Program-made: the position numbers and the translations under genes
Origin: Hemiscyllium ocellatum
Taxonomy: Eukaryota
Reading direction: 5' to 3'
Assembly (NCBI RefSeq): GCF_020745735.1
Contig: NC_083409.1
Coordinates: 14,727,873-14,791,872 of the forward strand
DNA length: 64,000 bases
Notes under the pieces: generated by a model
Told to the model about the DNA's origin: nothing
Databases searched by the model: none
What the model saw: the letters and a program-made list of their open reading frames with translations, nothing else
Shown here: piece after piece, positions 12,301-24,691 of the stretch
Numbering within the stretch: position 1 is the stretch's first letter
Layout of the letters: every line of letters starts with the position of its first letter

Positions 12301-14460
12301 TTTGATGCAGTTATTTGAATTTAATGATTATAAACTGAGTGCTCCGTTCAAAAAAGTACAGAATTACTTTCTAGAATTTCAACGGGTCTGAAGCAAAAGA
12401 GGAAATCAGGATCAAATAGTCAGTTCAGAATACAGAATTTGAGTGAGACAAAACCCTTCTTGTGAAAACGTTTCATTTTGCCTTGCGTTCTCTCCATGGA
12501 TGCCGCATGACCCGCTGGGATCTCCAGTCAACATGGTATTTGCCTTTGCTGTGCTATTTCTTGCAATTTGTCCTGATGTGTGCAAGACAGAATCTTTGAC
12601 AAAATGTTCCTTTTTTCAACAACACTTGAAGTTGGATCAGTTTGGAGAGAAAGCAGGGCCATGGAATCATCTTTCCCTGCAGGGAGGGAGGGAGTGTGTG
12701 TGGAATCTCCTATGGGCAGGGTTCTCCTGGCTGCCACCACATCAGGAAGGCTGGAGCTTGATGATCGAGCTGAATGGACAGGGCTCACTCCCACAGTCCT
12801 CAGAGCCATGGAGCCTCTTGTGATGGGAGCATCTGCTTGGTGTCAGGGCAGACAATGACATTGCAGTGGGATTGGAAATGGGACAACTCGACACTGGATG
12901 CTGCACAATGGCTGCGCCGACTCTTCCTCTCTGCCTGATCCCTTCAGGAGTGAACGTGGATGTACAGAATAGCTGAACACCTTGGTTTTTGAAGAAGGCA
13001 TGTGCAATGGAACATTATTCTCCAGCTGACTGTCACCAGCTTGGTGCTAGAAAAGGTTCCTTTATTCATTGAGCTGAGAGCCTTGCTCCTGACCCAGCAG
13101 ATTGGTGTTGTGTGGAGTTTCAGGAGATAAAGAGAGGCTGAGGAGGGAGTGAATGAGCAAGTGAGTAAATCTGCTTCTCAAATTTCCCAGCAACATCGAG
13201 AGCTCAGGGTTAAAACACAAAGGAGGAAGGATAAAGAGTTGAAGAAATTTTTCACACAGACAATATGCATGAGTGGGTATAGAGAAAAAAAATCTATTTA
13301 ATTCTTTTGAAATTACAAAATTAGAGGCTGAATTAGGCCACTCAATCCTTCAGGACTTATCCACCAATCAATAGGACCATGGCTGATGTGAATTTGCTTC
13401 CAGCACCACATTCCCATCCATCACACCTCCCTGATGTGTCACCATTTTCTTCAACTCAGTCTCCAATCCAAACACCCTAAGTGGGAATTGTTGCAATTTC
13501 AAACATTCACAACAGATGTTTTTACAATGAATCACTTTACTTTAGTAAAGAAATATAGATCCCGCTTGCAAACAAAATACATCCATTCCTTGATGATACC
13601 AGTAATTGCCTTCAGTATCTGAATTAAAGTTTTTGTGCTTTCCATTTATTGACCTTCCTGAATGGGGGTGTCCCGAAGCAGTACAAGACGACATGAGGAT
13701 ATAGACGGGTTGGGAGGGTCACATGGGCTGATCAGTAACAAGTGGAATTCATTCAGATAAATGTGAGTCAGTGGACTGAGCTCTCCCTGACCATGCGAGT
13801 GAGGTGAGGGCAGAATGAGAGCACTTGGCATCAAGGCCTCTTTGATGGTATGTGGCATCAAGGAATCTGAGCAATGCAGCAGCTTTTCACCTGCTATTCC
13901 AGGGAAGGGATCAACATCTGGATCCCTCCGAGCAACTCCTGGGAATTCTGTCATCCCAAAGGGACACGTCCTCCTCCTCAGTTCCCACAAACAGCAGAAA
14001 GTCAGCCACACACTGTGCAAACTGTTTGGGGGAGCTGACCTAAACTCTCACAGCCCTGTGCTATGCTCTGCTGGAAGATGGAGGGACTATTGGGAAACCC
14101 TTGGGGCAGCCAGCTCCATCAATATTGTTGGTCTTTAAACATGAAGGTGAACTTGTCCTGGTCCTCAGCCCTCCCTGACCCAATACGGACCAGGGCACAT
14201 TCGAAATGACCAACTGTGTAATGGCGTATTGCCAGTCTGTCTGCAATGATCCAATCTGCTCTGAACACTCCCTGAGTGAGCTCACTCCATTATGTTCAGA
14301 TACACTGCCATTGAGTGCCCAGGGAGCCCATCCTTACACTCCAGGGATTTGATAACCCTCCCATCACAGAGTCCCCCCATGAACCCCTTCAGTTTGTTCT
14401 TCAATGGAGGGGGCTGATCCCAGTGGTTTTGATGGATGCATCTGTGTGTGAGATATAATG

Positions 14461-14468
<8 letters not shown>

Positions 14469-14548
<80 letters not shown>
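14469..14548. repeat. (CA)n microsatellite preceded by short (TA)n
   Basis: About 40 uninterrupted CA units. Confidence 0.98.
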
Positions 14549-14550
<2 letters not shown>

Positions 14551-14859
14551 GATTATGGAGTGAAATGTACCCTCCCCACTATGGGTTTCGATCTTTCCCA
14601 TCTACACTCTGAGTTCAGCTTACTCTCGGCATCATTCTTCGATCTTTCTGAAGCCAACACACCTTCCTTCTTTTCCCCATTTATTGGGGATGATTTTCTC
14701 AGGGCCCTGCATTCCTGCTGAAAGTGCCCCTTCTGTCCCTAACTGTAGTATTGCCCTCCTGCTCGCGGGACCCCATTGCCCTCTCTATTCTCCCCCTCGT
14801 GTTCCGTACCTTGAGGGTGGAGGTTAACACACCCTTTCCCTGAGGCTTCAGCTCAGGCC

Positions 14860-15658
14860 ATTTCCAAAGCACACACGAGACAGAGACTGAATCTTCTTCA
14901 TCTTTATTCCCCTTTTCCAGATTGACACTGACAGAAAACAGTCAGCAAATAACAGCCCAGACAGAGGAAGCTGCACAAATTCACATCTGCAATGGAGCTT
15001 GAGGAAAACACTTGTGGAGATTTTCTCAATAACCTGAGAATCCTGTCCCTTTAAACAGTGACTAAACCTTATATTGGAACTGGTGGCTGAGCAGGAAGGA
15101 GATCTGGTTTACTGAAGCAGAGACTTCTGAGGTTCACATTGTTTTTACACAGCGGACAGTTTTCAATATCTTTGAAAGGTTATGCTTGTTATTACAACTC
15201 AACACTGTCCCCAATGAACAGTCTCCTGGACAGGGACAGAATAGGGTCAGATACAGAGTAAAGCTCTTTCCGTACTGTTCCCACTAAAGACACCCAGGAC
15301 AGGGACAGGATAAGAAGCAGAATAAAGCTGTCTCCACACTGTCCTCGTCAAACACTGCCAGAACAGGGACAACACTGTTTGGGAACAGAGCGAATCTCTC
15401 TCTATAGTGTCACGGTAACCTGCCTTAACCCCTGAACCTCAGAGTCTCCCAGAGGCCAGTCTCAAGAAGGAAGAGAATTGAAATTCAGTGCTGACAATGA
15501 CCGTTGTCCTGCCATCCCAGCACTGTTCTATTTAAAGTTGTGTCTCCTCTGTCGACTGTCTCCAACACTCTACACACATTCTGATCTCCTGATACTCTTG
15601 CTGAGTGGGGAGGAGAGCATCACGTGGGTGAGGGCACAGGAGAAGTGAGCATTGGACT
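14860..15658 (-). pseudogene. Truncated inverted Ig light-chain C fragment plus 3' UTR
   Basis: Minus strand 15656->15570 reads SNAHFSCALTHVMLSSPLSKSIRRSECV*, compared with SDARFSCALTHVTLPSPLSKSIRRSECV* at 667-753. The 3' UTR and polyA region are homologous to 754-1300. Homology stops abruptly near 15658, so the 5' three quarters of the exon and its acceptor are missing. Confidence 0.9.
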
Positions 15659-15834
15659 GGCAGAAGTATCAGTTTGAATATTTGCATCATACACCTAACA
15701 AACCTGATGTATTTTTAAATTCCTTTTTGATTGTGAACATTCAAGTCCCCCACCCAGAGTACATTCTGTGCCCTCACCACCCTCAGAGCTTCCGCTAAGT
15801 GCTGTTCAACATGGAGGAGAGACTGACTTTCTGA

Positions 15835-16055
15835 CAGAGCGGCATTCCCTCAGTACGAACCCTCTGACAGTGTGGCTCTGTCTCAGTAATGACTTTCTGA
15901 CAGTGCAGCACTCCTTCAGTACTCACCCTCTGACAGTGCAGCACTCCCTCAGTACTGACCCATCATTAGTGCAACACTCTATCAGTACTGACCCTCCAAT
16001 AGTGTGGCACTCCCTCAGTACTGTCCTTCTGACAGTGCTGCACTCCCTCAGTAGG
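15835..16055. repeat. Degenerate ~33-bp tandem repeat (CAGTGCAGCACTCCCTCAGTACTGACCCTCTGA family)
   Basis: About six diverged units. Confidence 0.8.
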
Positions 16056-16724
16056 GCACTCTCAGCCTGGATAATTTGCTTCAGTGATAGAATCACGTAA
16101 TGATGGAATCTGTACAATGTTGAAGCAGGCCATTCACCCCAAGCGTTCACACCAATCCTCCGAAGAACATCCCACCCAGATCCAAACCACTGCACTATCC
16201 CTGTAACCCTGCATTTCCCAATGGCTCATCCACCCAGGCTGCTATATTGTAAGTGTGAGGGGAGAGTGATCCCCACTGAGACCAGGCTGACACGTCCTGG
16301 TCCAATAGCCTGCCTTGCTTCCCAATCCCAGCCCACACTTGGAGGAATGAGCTATTTGAGATGTTTCCCAGCCAGGGATAGTGCCTTCAGGAGAGAGATG
16401 GAGAGCAGATGATAGGGGCAAGGGGCAGTGTGGTCTGTTGTCTTGAGGTAGAGTGTAGGACACATTGAAGCAGGCAATGGCAGGTGCTGAGCCCTTTCCC
16501 CGGAAGGAGTTTGTAAGTTGATGGGTGAAAGTGGGAGGGGCACTACAGTAACACCTTTGTTGCTGCTGTAACTCTTGCTGCCTGCTCTGTCACGTCCGAG
16601 AGACACACAGATACATCAGACACACAGGAGGCAGCTTTCTGTGGATGTTCTCCTGGGGCAGGTCTCATCAATCATGGAGCTATGGTCAGTAACAGTGTAA
16701 GCTGTACAGCCAAGAGATGGGCAC

Positions 16725-17000
16725 TGTGGAGTGTGGAGTGTTTTATTCCCCCCCGCCGACTCTACTTTGATTCACTCCCTGCCCTCCCCTTCACTGTTTG
16801 ATCACGTAGCATTGGCCTTTGATGTGAAGGACACTGCTTGTCACTGGCCACTCGGGTATTTCCTTTCTTCCTGGAGGTGGAAAATGAATAAAGACTTCTG
16901 CACTTGTCATTTTTCACTGTGTCTCACACTTGCACACATACAGTGTGGGTGCTGGGGAAAAATTATGCACCACCATTGTTAGGCAGCTGTGTGGGGTTAT
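16725..17000 (-). repeat. Unclassified interspersed repeat (LTR-like), copy 2
   Basis: Inverted homolog of 2870-3105. Confidence 0.7.
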
Positions 17001-17525
17001 AGAAAAGAAAAAAAAATAAAACTGTGCTGCCCTGAAAGCCTGAGTCTGCATCTCAGCTCGGAAGGATATCAACTAATTCATCAAAATTGGTCCTGCCCCT
17101 TCACAGCCTAGTCAGGCTGCCTGTGCCTTTCCATCACTCCCAGGTTTTCCCTTGTGCCACAGCTCATTCTCCTGAGAGTTGGCTATACTCAGGCCCAGCA
17201 CATGATCTTGTCCCACTGTCAGATCCTCTTCGAGAAACTCATGGCTCACCATTGCCATCTCCTGGGCAATTGGAGAAGGGTAATAAATAGCAGACAGGTC
17301 AATACATTCCCCATCCCAAGAGAAATAATAAAAAAAACGATGTAGAATTCAAATGATCAAACTGGTGGAAGATGGAGTGGATCCGTGATTAAATTTCACG
17401 TGATACTTGCTGTATCAAGTTCAAGGTGAACTTAAGGTGATCTCTGCTGTATTCAGATCAATTCTCATGGTTAACTTTCTCTCCAAACCGATTCTAATTT
17501 GAGTGTTGCTGAAAAACAAAACATT

Positions 17526-17733
17526 TTGTTGAAGCTTTTTGTCTTGCATGCATCAGGACAATTTGCAAGAATTGCCACAGCAAAGGGAAACAATATTTAA
17601 ACTGGTGTGTTCATAGTGACAACACCTCAGTCTGTCAGCACTTTCCTCTCATGCAATATAAATGTTGTTTTTATCTCTTTCGATTGGAGTTTTGCAATTG
17701 CCCTGATGAGGGAAAAACAAAAAGCTTCCACAA
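17526..17733. mobile_element. Degenerate inverted-repeat element with hammerhead-like arms (PLE-derived)
   Basis: Arms TTGTTGAAGCTTTTTGTCTTGCATGCATCAGG and CCCTGATGAG..CAAAAAGCTTCCACAA are imperfect inverted repeats resembling CTGATGA..GAAA AGCTT with a mutated core. Confidence 0.45.
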
Positions 17734-19234
17734 TATTCTCAAATAATTATTTGATCGTAATTTACTCTTTGTCTGTAATTGTCTGTCCCATTTTGAATGG
17801 AGGTCTCAGTTTATCAGCACTCACTAAATTCCAATCTCTGCATCAAAATATTTTTCCTGATCTCCTTCCTGTACCTGGTGTTTGACCACAGAATGTGTCA
17901 TTTTGCCTTTCTGTTTGCCATCATTGACAGAAAATCTACATTTACTGTGTTGATTTCATTAAGGAATTTTGAATATCAGAATTCCCTCCCTCCCTCCTCG
18001 AGATCCTGTTCTGGTGTTTCCTTGTAACCTAGATCCCCTATCCCTGGACCATTCTGCATTGCACCTCATAGAAGCCCCTAACTGTCCACCATATTCCAGA
18101 TGTGACCTAACCATTCTTCAGTACAGCTGTCCTGGCCACTCTCCCCTCCATCTCCTCACTCTCAATATTCATTCCAAAGTCCCAGTGGAATTTCCCATGT
18201 CTTATTCTGAAAATTTTCCCAATTTTAAGCATTTATGTCACTGGCCATCCTTTCTTACCCGCTGCAGTACATTGTTTACAATATGAGCTGCACTTCATCA
18301 TTTATTGTTCTGAGTCATTACAAGCAGGAAAGCTTCTTACCAACTCTCAGTAGAGAAACTCAGTTAATCCCATTGCCCTGCTCTATCCCAATCGCTTTAA
18401 TTGTATTTCTGGTGTATTCAACTACATTACAGTCTTATGCCCACTAATGGCTTTCTGTCGTCTCTTGAGTTCTTCCTGATAATTTTTTTTTGCAGTTTAG
18501 TGACATTGTCTTTGTACCCGTTTGTTAGACCTTTGCAATTCATATTGTGCCTGATCCCAGTGCCAGTCGTTGGGGCACTCCACCTTGTAATCTGAAAAAG
18601 CAGGCTCCAGTCTTTCAAAGAGATTAATTCAAGCCTCCCCCAGGTTAATCATTTGAATTGTCCCTCATTCATTTTGATTTCTCCTGGGATGGGGAAAGCG
18701 TTGATGTGTCTGCTATTGGTTGCCCTTCCCTAATTGTCCTGGAGAGGGCGGTGGTGAGCAATTTAATATCTGGGAAGGACGGCGCTGGGATGTGTCCAAA
18801 CAAAAACCATGAAACTCAATGTCATTTTATGTATGTTCTTTAGGCAAGGGAATCCAGTCATCACCCAGACTGTGATTCCAGTCCCACAGTGACATGATTC
18901 ATTCTTAACGGCCCCATGATCTGGCTCAGCAAAGAACTCAGTCTGAACTGCTGGAGATGGGCAATAAATATGAGGCTTGTCAATGACATTAACACCCTGA
19001 GAAGGAATAATGCTGCTCTTTGCTGTCTGCCTTTTAGCCTCTGAGCCACCACACTCTCGCTGGTAAGGGTCTCTAATCCTCTCACATTAATATATTAAAT
19101 GATGGCAATATGTGAAGAGCTTTTATTTTGAATTGTCAGTTCTCTTTTCCCATGCCTCTCTCCTCTTCAGGGGGAAGGGAGGGAAAACAGCTTTTGAACT
19201 AGGATACTTTTCACAGCCCAATGAAAATGTCTCC

Positions 19235-19650
19235 TGTGATATGATTATCTTCACAGTGTGCTGTTTTGTTCATTCTGTGATACACGTAGACAATGTCAGT
19301 ATTGAGTGGGACAAAGTATATTTCCTCCTCTAACCCCTTTCCAACACACCCTCTCCATCTTGCTTTACTCCTTATTGACTCTTCTACAATTGTCCCTGTT
19401 CCCTCACTCCCTCCCGGTCCCAGAGGGATTGATGGTCGGAGTTCATGACCCTGCACTGTGTGAAGGTTGGTGTAAAGTGAGGCCAGTGTGTTGGAGATTG
19501 GGCTCCTGCCTCAGGCCCAGGTGTAAGGACCTGTTAAACAATCTGCACATTGTCCTTTGTCTGTTTGTGAATGAACTGGATCGAGTTGCAGTAACGAGCT
19601 GGTAACAAGGTGTCTTGTCTAAAATGTTCCCAGCATTGGGCACAGAACTG
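19235..19650 (+). repeat. Unclassified interspersed repeat; homolog of 8750-9130
   Basis: Reverse-complement match to 8750-9130. Confidence 0.75.
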
Positions 19651-19689
19651 GCTGAGTCAGAGGAAACTGAGATTAGTGGTGTAAGAAGT

Positions 19690-20725
19690 GTTTTCAGGAT
19701 GGAGGGCTAGTGGTGTTTTACAGGGTTCAGTGGTGGGAACTCTGCTGTTCATGGTCTACATAAATGATTTGGAGGAAAATGTAGCTGGTCTAATTAAAAG
19801 GTTTACAGCTGATACAAAGATTGGTAGAGTCACAGATAATGAGAAGGATTGTCAGAGGATACAGCAGGATATAGATCAGTTGGATGCACGGACAGAAAAA
19901 TGGCAGATGTAGTTTAATCCAGACAAATGTGAGGTGATGCATTTTGAAAGGTGATGTCCAGGTGGGAATTATACAGTGAATGGCAGAATACTTTGGGGTA
20001 TTGATATGCAGAGAGATCTGGGTGTGTATGTTCACAGATCACTGAAGGTGGCAGCACAGGGAGGTAAGGTTGTGAAAAAGGCTTATGGCCTGCTTGCCTT
20101 CATTGGAAGGGGCATTGAGTGTAAGGATAGACAAGTCATGCTGCAGCTTTATAGAACTTTAGTTTGGCCACACTTGGAATAGTGCACACAGTTCTGGTCA
20201 CCACACTATCAGAAGGATGTGGATGCTTTGAAGATGGTGCAGAAAATGGTCACCAGGATATTGTCTGGTATGGGGGATTTTAGTTCTGAAGAAAGGTTGG
20301 AGAGACTGGGTTTGTTTTCACCAGAATGAGGGAAAATAAGGTGTGACCTGATAGAAGTTTATGAAGTTTTGAATGGCATAGGTAGAGTGGAAAATATGAG
20401 GCTTTTTCCCAGGATGGAGGGGTCACTTACTCGGGGACAGAGGTTCAAGGTGCGGGGGGAGGGGGGAATTTAAAAGAGATGTGCGAGGCAAGTATTTCAC
20501 ACAAAGGGAGTTGAGTTCCTGGAACACCCTGCCAGAGGAGGGGGTGGAAGCAGACACAATAGAACTATTCAAGAAATACTTGCACGAATGCATGAATAGG
20601 ACGGGAATAGGGGGATATGAATCCTGTATGTGAAGACAGTTTCAATATGGAAGGGCATAATGTATCAGCACAGGTTTGGAGGGCCGAAGGGCCTGTTCCT
20701 GTGCTGCATTGTTCCTTGTTCTTTG
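19690..20725 (+). mobile_element. 5'-truncated CR1-type LINE
   Basis: GVLQGSVVGTLLFMVYINDL..FTADTKIG and RDLGVYVHRSLK..LVWPHLE motifs, followed by the 3' tail GGGCCGAAGGGCCTGTT. Confidence 0.9.
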
Positions 20726-20829
20726 GTCCATGCTGTTGAATTGGATTCTCGGGAGCCAGCTCCATATGAAAAGCCTGTTCTCATTCTTTTGTTGGAGTTC
20801 ATGGGGAGCTGCTGCTTCCTTGCTACGTC

Positions 20830-21270
20830 ACTTGCTGGTCGTGTCGTTTCGTGGCTAGTTGGTGTTCATGGATGCGGATCGTTAGCTGTCTTCCTGTTTG
20901 TCCTATGTAGTAGGATCAGCTATCCTTAGTAGCCACACACGCAGATGACAAGCAACATGAATTCGACGGGGACAACATTCCTATTATAGGACAAGCCAAA
21001 CAGAGAACAGCCAGGGAATTCCTAGAGGCATGGCATTCATCCGCAGATTCAATCAATAAGCACATCGACCTGGACCCAATATACCGACAACTGCAGTGGA
21101 CAGCTGGAACTGACAACCGGAAGCGGCAGGTACAAACCACTACAAATGCTGGAGGAAAGATCACAGAAGCGCTTCACAGGAGGCTCCCAAGCACTGAGGA
21201 TGTCACCTAGACAGGGGACGAAACATCTGCAACACAAATTCCCAGCTCGGTGAACAGAACCACAACAGCC
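20830..21270 (+). mobile_element. Penelope-like element (family B) 3' fragment with an inverted 5' piece
   Basis: Plus strand from about 20920 reads VATHADDKQHEF..IIGQAKQRTAREFLEAWHSS. 20830-20915 is the upstream GIY-YIG part (YIGQTGRQLT..HEHQLATKRHD) in reverse orientation. Same family as 63330-63935. Confidence 0.85.
21191..21230 (+). ncRNA. Minimal hammerhead ribozyme motif, stem III mutated
   Basis: GCA CTGAGGA T GTCACC-TAGACA-GGGGAC GAAA C ATC TGC. Stem I GCA/TGC is intact; stem III ACAT is no longer palindromic. Confidence 0.5.
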
Positions 21271-21865
21271 TCTTGATATTTTAAATACACTGTCTGCAAG
21301 AAAATGCTTGGCAGAGGTTTTAACATTGTTTAATAAGACAAAGATGTAAATACACCAGTTTGTTTACGGCAATGAGCGTTTAACATCATGGTCCTTGTTT
21401 TAATGGACCCTCCCTCATGGCAATACATTTTACAATGTTTCTCTCCCCTTACATGTTGTTAAGAGGTTTGCAAACGTGTTTTGATGAGGACAGTGCATCT
21501 TCAACACCATTTGGCGGGGTGGGTGTCTGTTTGAATTCTCACTTGTAATAACACAGTTTTGAATGTGTCAGGGTTACTTTCAGCACTCTATGGGAGTGTC
21601 GCTGTCACTAACCCCACCCCACCCTTCCCTCTTGGGGTAATACTATTTTTCGCATCATTTTGGACACCTTTGGGGGGGGAGCGACTTACCAGGGCCATTC
21701 AGTGGGGTGCAGGTCTCTGGCACAGAGTCTGACCCTGTTGCACAGAAGGGAAGGAGAGAAAGGAGGACAGCGTTAGTCATTGGGAACTCAATAGTTCGAG
21801 GGCCAGATAGAAGGTTTGTTGGGAATGAATGAGATTCACGTTTGGTGTGTTGGACCCAGGTGCCA

Positions 21866-22961
21866 GGCTGAAAATGTGTGGCTGGAAAAGCACAGCAGGT
21901 CAGACAGTATCCAAGGAGCAGGAGAATTGATGTTTCGGGCATGAGCCCTTCTTCAGGAATGAAGAAAGTGTGCCCAGCAGGCTAAGATAAAAGGTAGGGA
22001 GGAGGGACTTGGGGGAGGGGTGTTGGAAATGCGATAGGTGGAAGGAGGTTGAGGTGAGGGTGATAGGCCGCAGTAGGGGTGGGGGCGGAGAGGTCAGGAA
22101 GAAGATTTCAGGTTAGGAAGGTAGTGCTGAGTTTGAGGGTTGAGACTAAGACAAGATGGGGGAAGGGGAAATGAGGAAACTGGAGAAATCTGAGTTCATT
22201 CCTTGTGGTTGGAGGGTTCCTAGGCAGAAGATGAGGTGCTCTTCCTCCAGCCATCGTGTTGCTATGGTCTGGAGATGGAGGAGTCCAAGGACCTAATGTT
22301 CTTGGTGGAGTGGGAGGGGGAGTTGAAGTGTTGAGCCACGAGGTGGTTGGTCCGGGTGTCCCAGAGGTGTTCTCTGAAACGTTTCGCAAGTAGGTGGCCT
22401 GTCTCCCCAATATAGAGGAGGCCACATCGGGTGCAGCGGATACAGTAAATGATGTGTGTGGAGGTGCAGGTGAATTTGTGGCGGATATGGAAGGATCCTT
22501 TGGGCCCTTGGAGGGAAGTAAGGGGGGAGGTGTGGGCGCAAGTTTTGCATTTCTTGCGGTTGCAGGGGAAGGTGCCAGGAGTGGAGGTTGGATTGATGGG
22601 GGTGTGGACCTGACGAGGGAGTCATGGAGGGAGTGGTCTTTTCGGAACGCTGATGGGGGAGGGGAGGGAAATATATCCCTGGTAGTGGGGTCCATTTGGA
22701 TGTGGCAGAAGTGACGATGGATGATACGATGTATATGGACGTTGGTGGGGTGGTAGGTGAAGACCAGTGGGGTTCTGTCCTGGTAGCGGTTGGAGCAGTC
22801 TTTGAAGAAGGAGGCCATCTGGATTGTATGGTATTCCTTCTTCAAAGACCGCAATTTCCTCCCAGACGTGATAGACGATGTTCTCCACTGCATTTCCTCC
22901 ACTTCCTGCTCCTCTGCCCTTGAGCCCCGCCTCTCCAATCACACAGGACAGAACCCCACTG
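21866..22961 (-). mobile_element. Penelope-like element (family A), 5'-truncated, with inverted terminal segment
   Basis: GIY-YIG remnants in ORFs 22108-22938 and 22293-22625; hammerhead variant CTGAAGA near 21925-21962; 22836-22961 is element sequence in opposite orientation. Confidence 0.9.
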
Positions 22962-23639
22962 TATCTTTCCCCACAAATGCTGACTAAACTTGATGGGTAC
23001 TTTCAGACAATCCTGTTTAGATCAGACACTTTGTGGGAGTGTTATCGGACAAAATAAAATCACCATGGGCCATATAAGGCATTACGAAACAAGATGACCC
23101 AAAGCTTTATTGAAGGATAGGTTTTAAGGAGCAGCATGAAGGATGAAAAAGAGACAGAAAGGCAGTTTCAGAGCTTAGGGCCTCGACAGCTGAGGGGACT
23201 GTCTTCAATGGTGAAATAAATAGGTAGCACAGCCACAATAAGAGACAGGCTGCATGAGTTGTCCATCTCCCAGCAGCTGAGTCAGTTCACCCGGCAGTTA
23301 ATCTCTCCTCTCCTGCCTTACCCTACCTCAGGTCATGTGGCATGTAAAAACCCGTAATCTGTTTTCCCCTCGCATGTTTGTGGTGTCTGGGTACCATTTA
23401 CTGCCTGTCCCTAATAGCCCTGGAGAATGGGGTATATGGAGTGTACATTGCATGGGTACACACACTGCTGTTGGAGATGGAGTTACAAGATCTGTATCTC
23501 ACCACAGTAGAAGAACACTGATATATTTCCACGTCTGCTGCCCTTGGGCTTCTGGATGGTGAGGCCATGGGTTTGGAGTATGGGTGATTTATTGCAGCGC
23601 GGTAAACCTTGTGATTGAAGGAAGATCATTGATGTAGCA

Positions 23640-24050
23640 GTGAAGATCATAGAGACCCTTCAGTCCAACTTGTCCATGCTGGCAGGATATCCTAACCTAA
23701 TCTAGTCCCATTTGCCAGCACTTGGCCCATATCCCTCTTAACCCTTCCTATGCTTTTATCCATCCAGATGCCTTTTAAATGCTGTAATTGTACCAGCTTC
23801 CACCACTTCCTGTGGCAGCTTATTTCATACATGCACCACCTTCTGCGTGAAAAAGTCGCCTCTTAAGTTCATTTTATATCGTTCCCCTCTACCCTAAAAC
23901 TGTGCCCTCTAGTTTTGGACTTCCTGATCCCAGGGAAAAGACTTTGTCTATTCACCCTATCCATGCCCCTCATAATTTTATAAACCTCTATAAGGTCAGC
24001 CCTCAGCCTCCGACGCTTCAGGGAAAACAGCCTCAGCCTAATGAACAAGG
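23640..24050 (-). mobile_element. CR1-type LINE 3' fragment
   Basis: LFSLKRRRLRADLIEVYKIMRGMDRVN..KTRGH motif. Confidence 0.85.
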
Positions 24051-24348
24051 GCATATCATTTGCAATCCTCCAGTCCTCTGGTACTAAACCCCACTGAAAA
24101 GGGAAATGCTGTTTGAAGCTTTTAATTTTGTTCTGATCAGGACAGAATTGGAAGAATACCAAATCTCAAAGGATTATGTTGATTTTGTGGCAGACCTTAG
24201 TCCTTGCGTTCTGGTTTTCTTTGTTTTGCTTTTGCATGTGCCTTCACGTTTTTTGATGTTGGACTGAGTCCCCTGTGAGATAATGCACCTTCCCAGAGGA
24301 AAGATTCCTCTGTGGGTCAGCCTGGTCCTTTGTGAGTGGACTAGACCT

Positions 24349-24478
24349 AGGGCTTATGCTCGAAACGTCGAATTCTCTATTCCTGAGATGCTGCCTAACC
24401 TGCTGTGCTTTAACCAGCAACACATTTTCAGCTCTAATCTCCAGCATCTGCAGACCTCATTTTTTACTCTTTGGAAAG
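24349..24478 (+). mobile_element. Short PLE terminal-repeat copy (family A)
   Basis: Near-perfect reverse complement of 24561-24682; starts at AGGGC, immediately after the missing CTGATGA core. Confidence 0.9.
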
Positions 24479-24655
24479 ACTGAACACCTGTGTGTGCGCT
24501 GGGAGGTGAGCATTTGCTGCTTCCTGGATTGGACCCTGGATTGGATTGGTCACTACTTCGAGTAAAAAATGAGGTCTGCAGATGCTGGAGATCACAGCTG
24601 AAAATGTGTTGCTGGTCAAAGCACAGCAGGCCAGGCAGCATCTCAGGAATAGAGA

Positions 24656-24691
24656 ATTCGACGTTTCGAGCATGAGCCCTTCATCAGGAAT
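24656..24691 (-). ncRNA. Minimal type I hammerhead ribozyme motif (PLE family A)
   Basis: ATTC CTGATGA A GGGC-TCAT-GCTC GAAA C GTC GAAT: 4-bp stem I, stem II hairpin, palindromic ACGU stem III, GUC cleavage triplet. Confidence 0.7.

Noticed and set aside
13020-13075. Minus-strand ACCAAGCTGGTGACAG reminiscent of a J segment
   Set aside because: Lacks FGXG, an upstream RSS and a clear splice donor.
14282-14721. ORFs with CV/HT runs
   Set aside because: Translations of the (CA)n microsatellite.
18800-18808. Perfect nonamer ACAAAAACC
   Set aside because: No CAC heptamer at either spacing.
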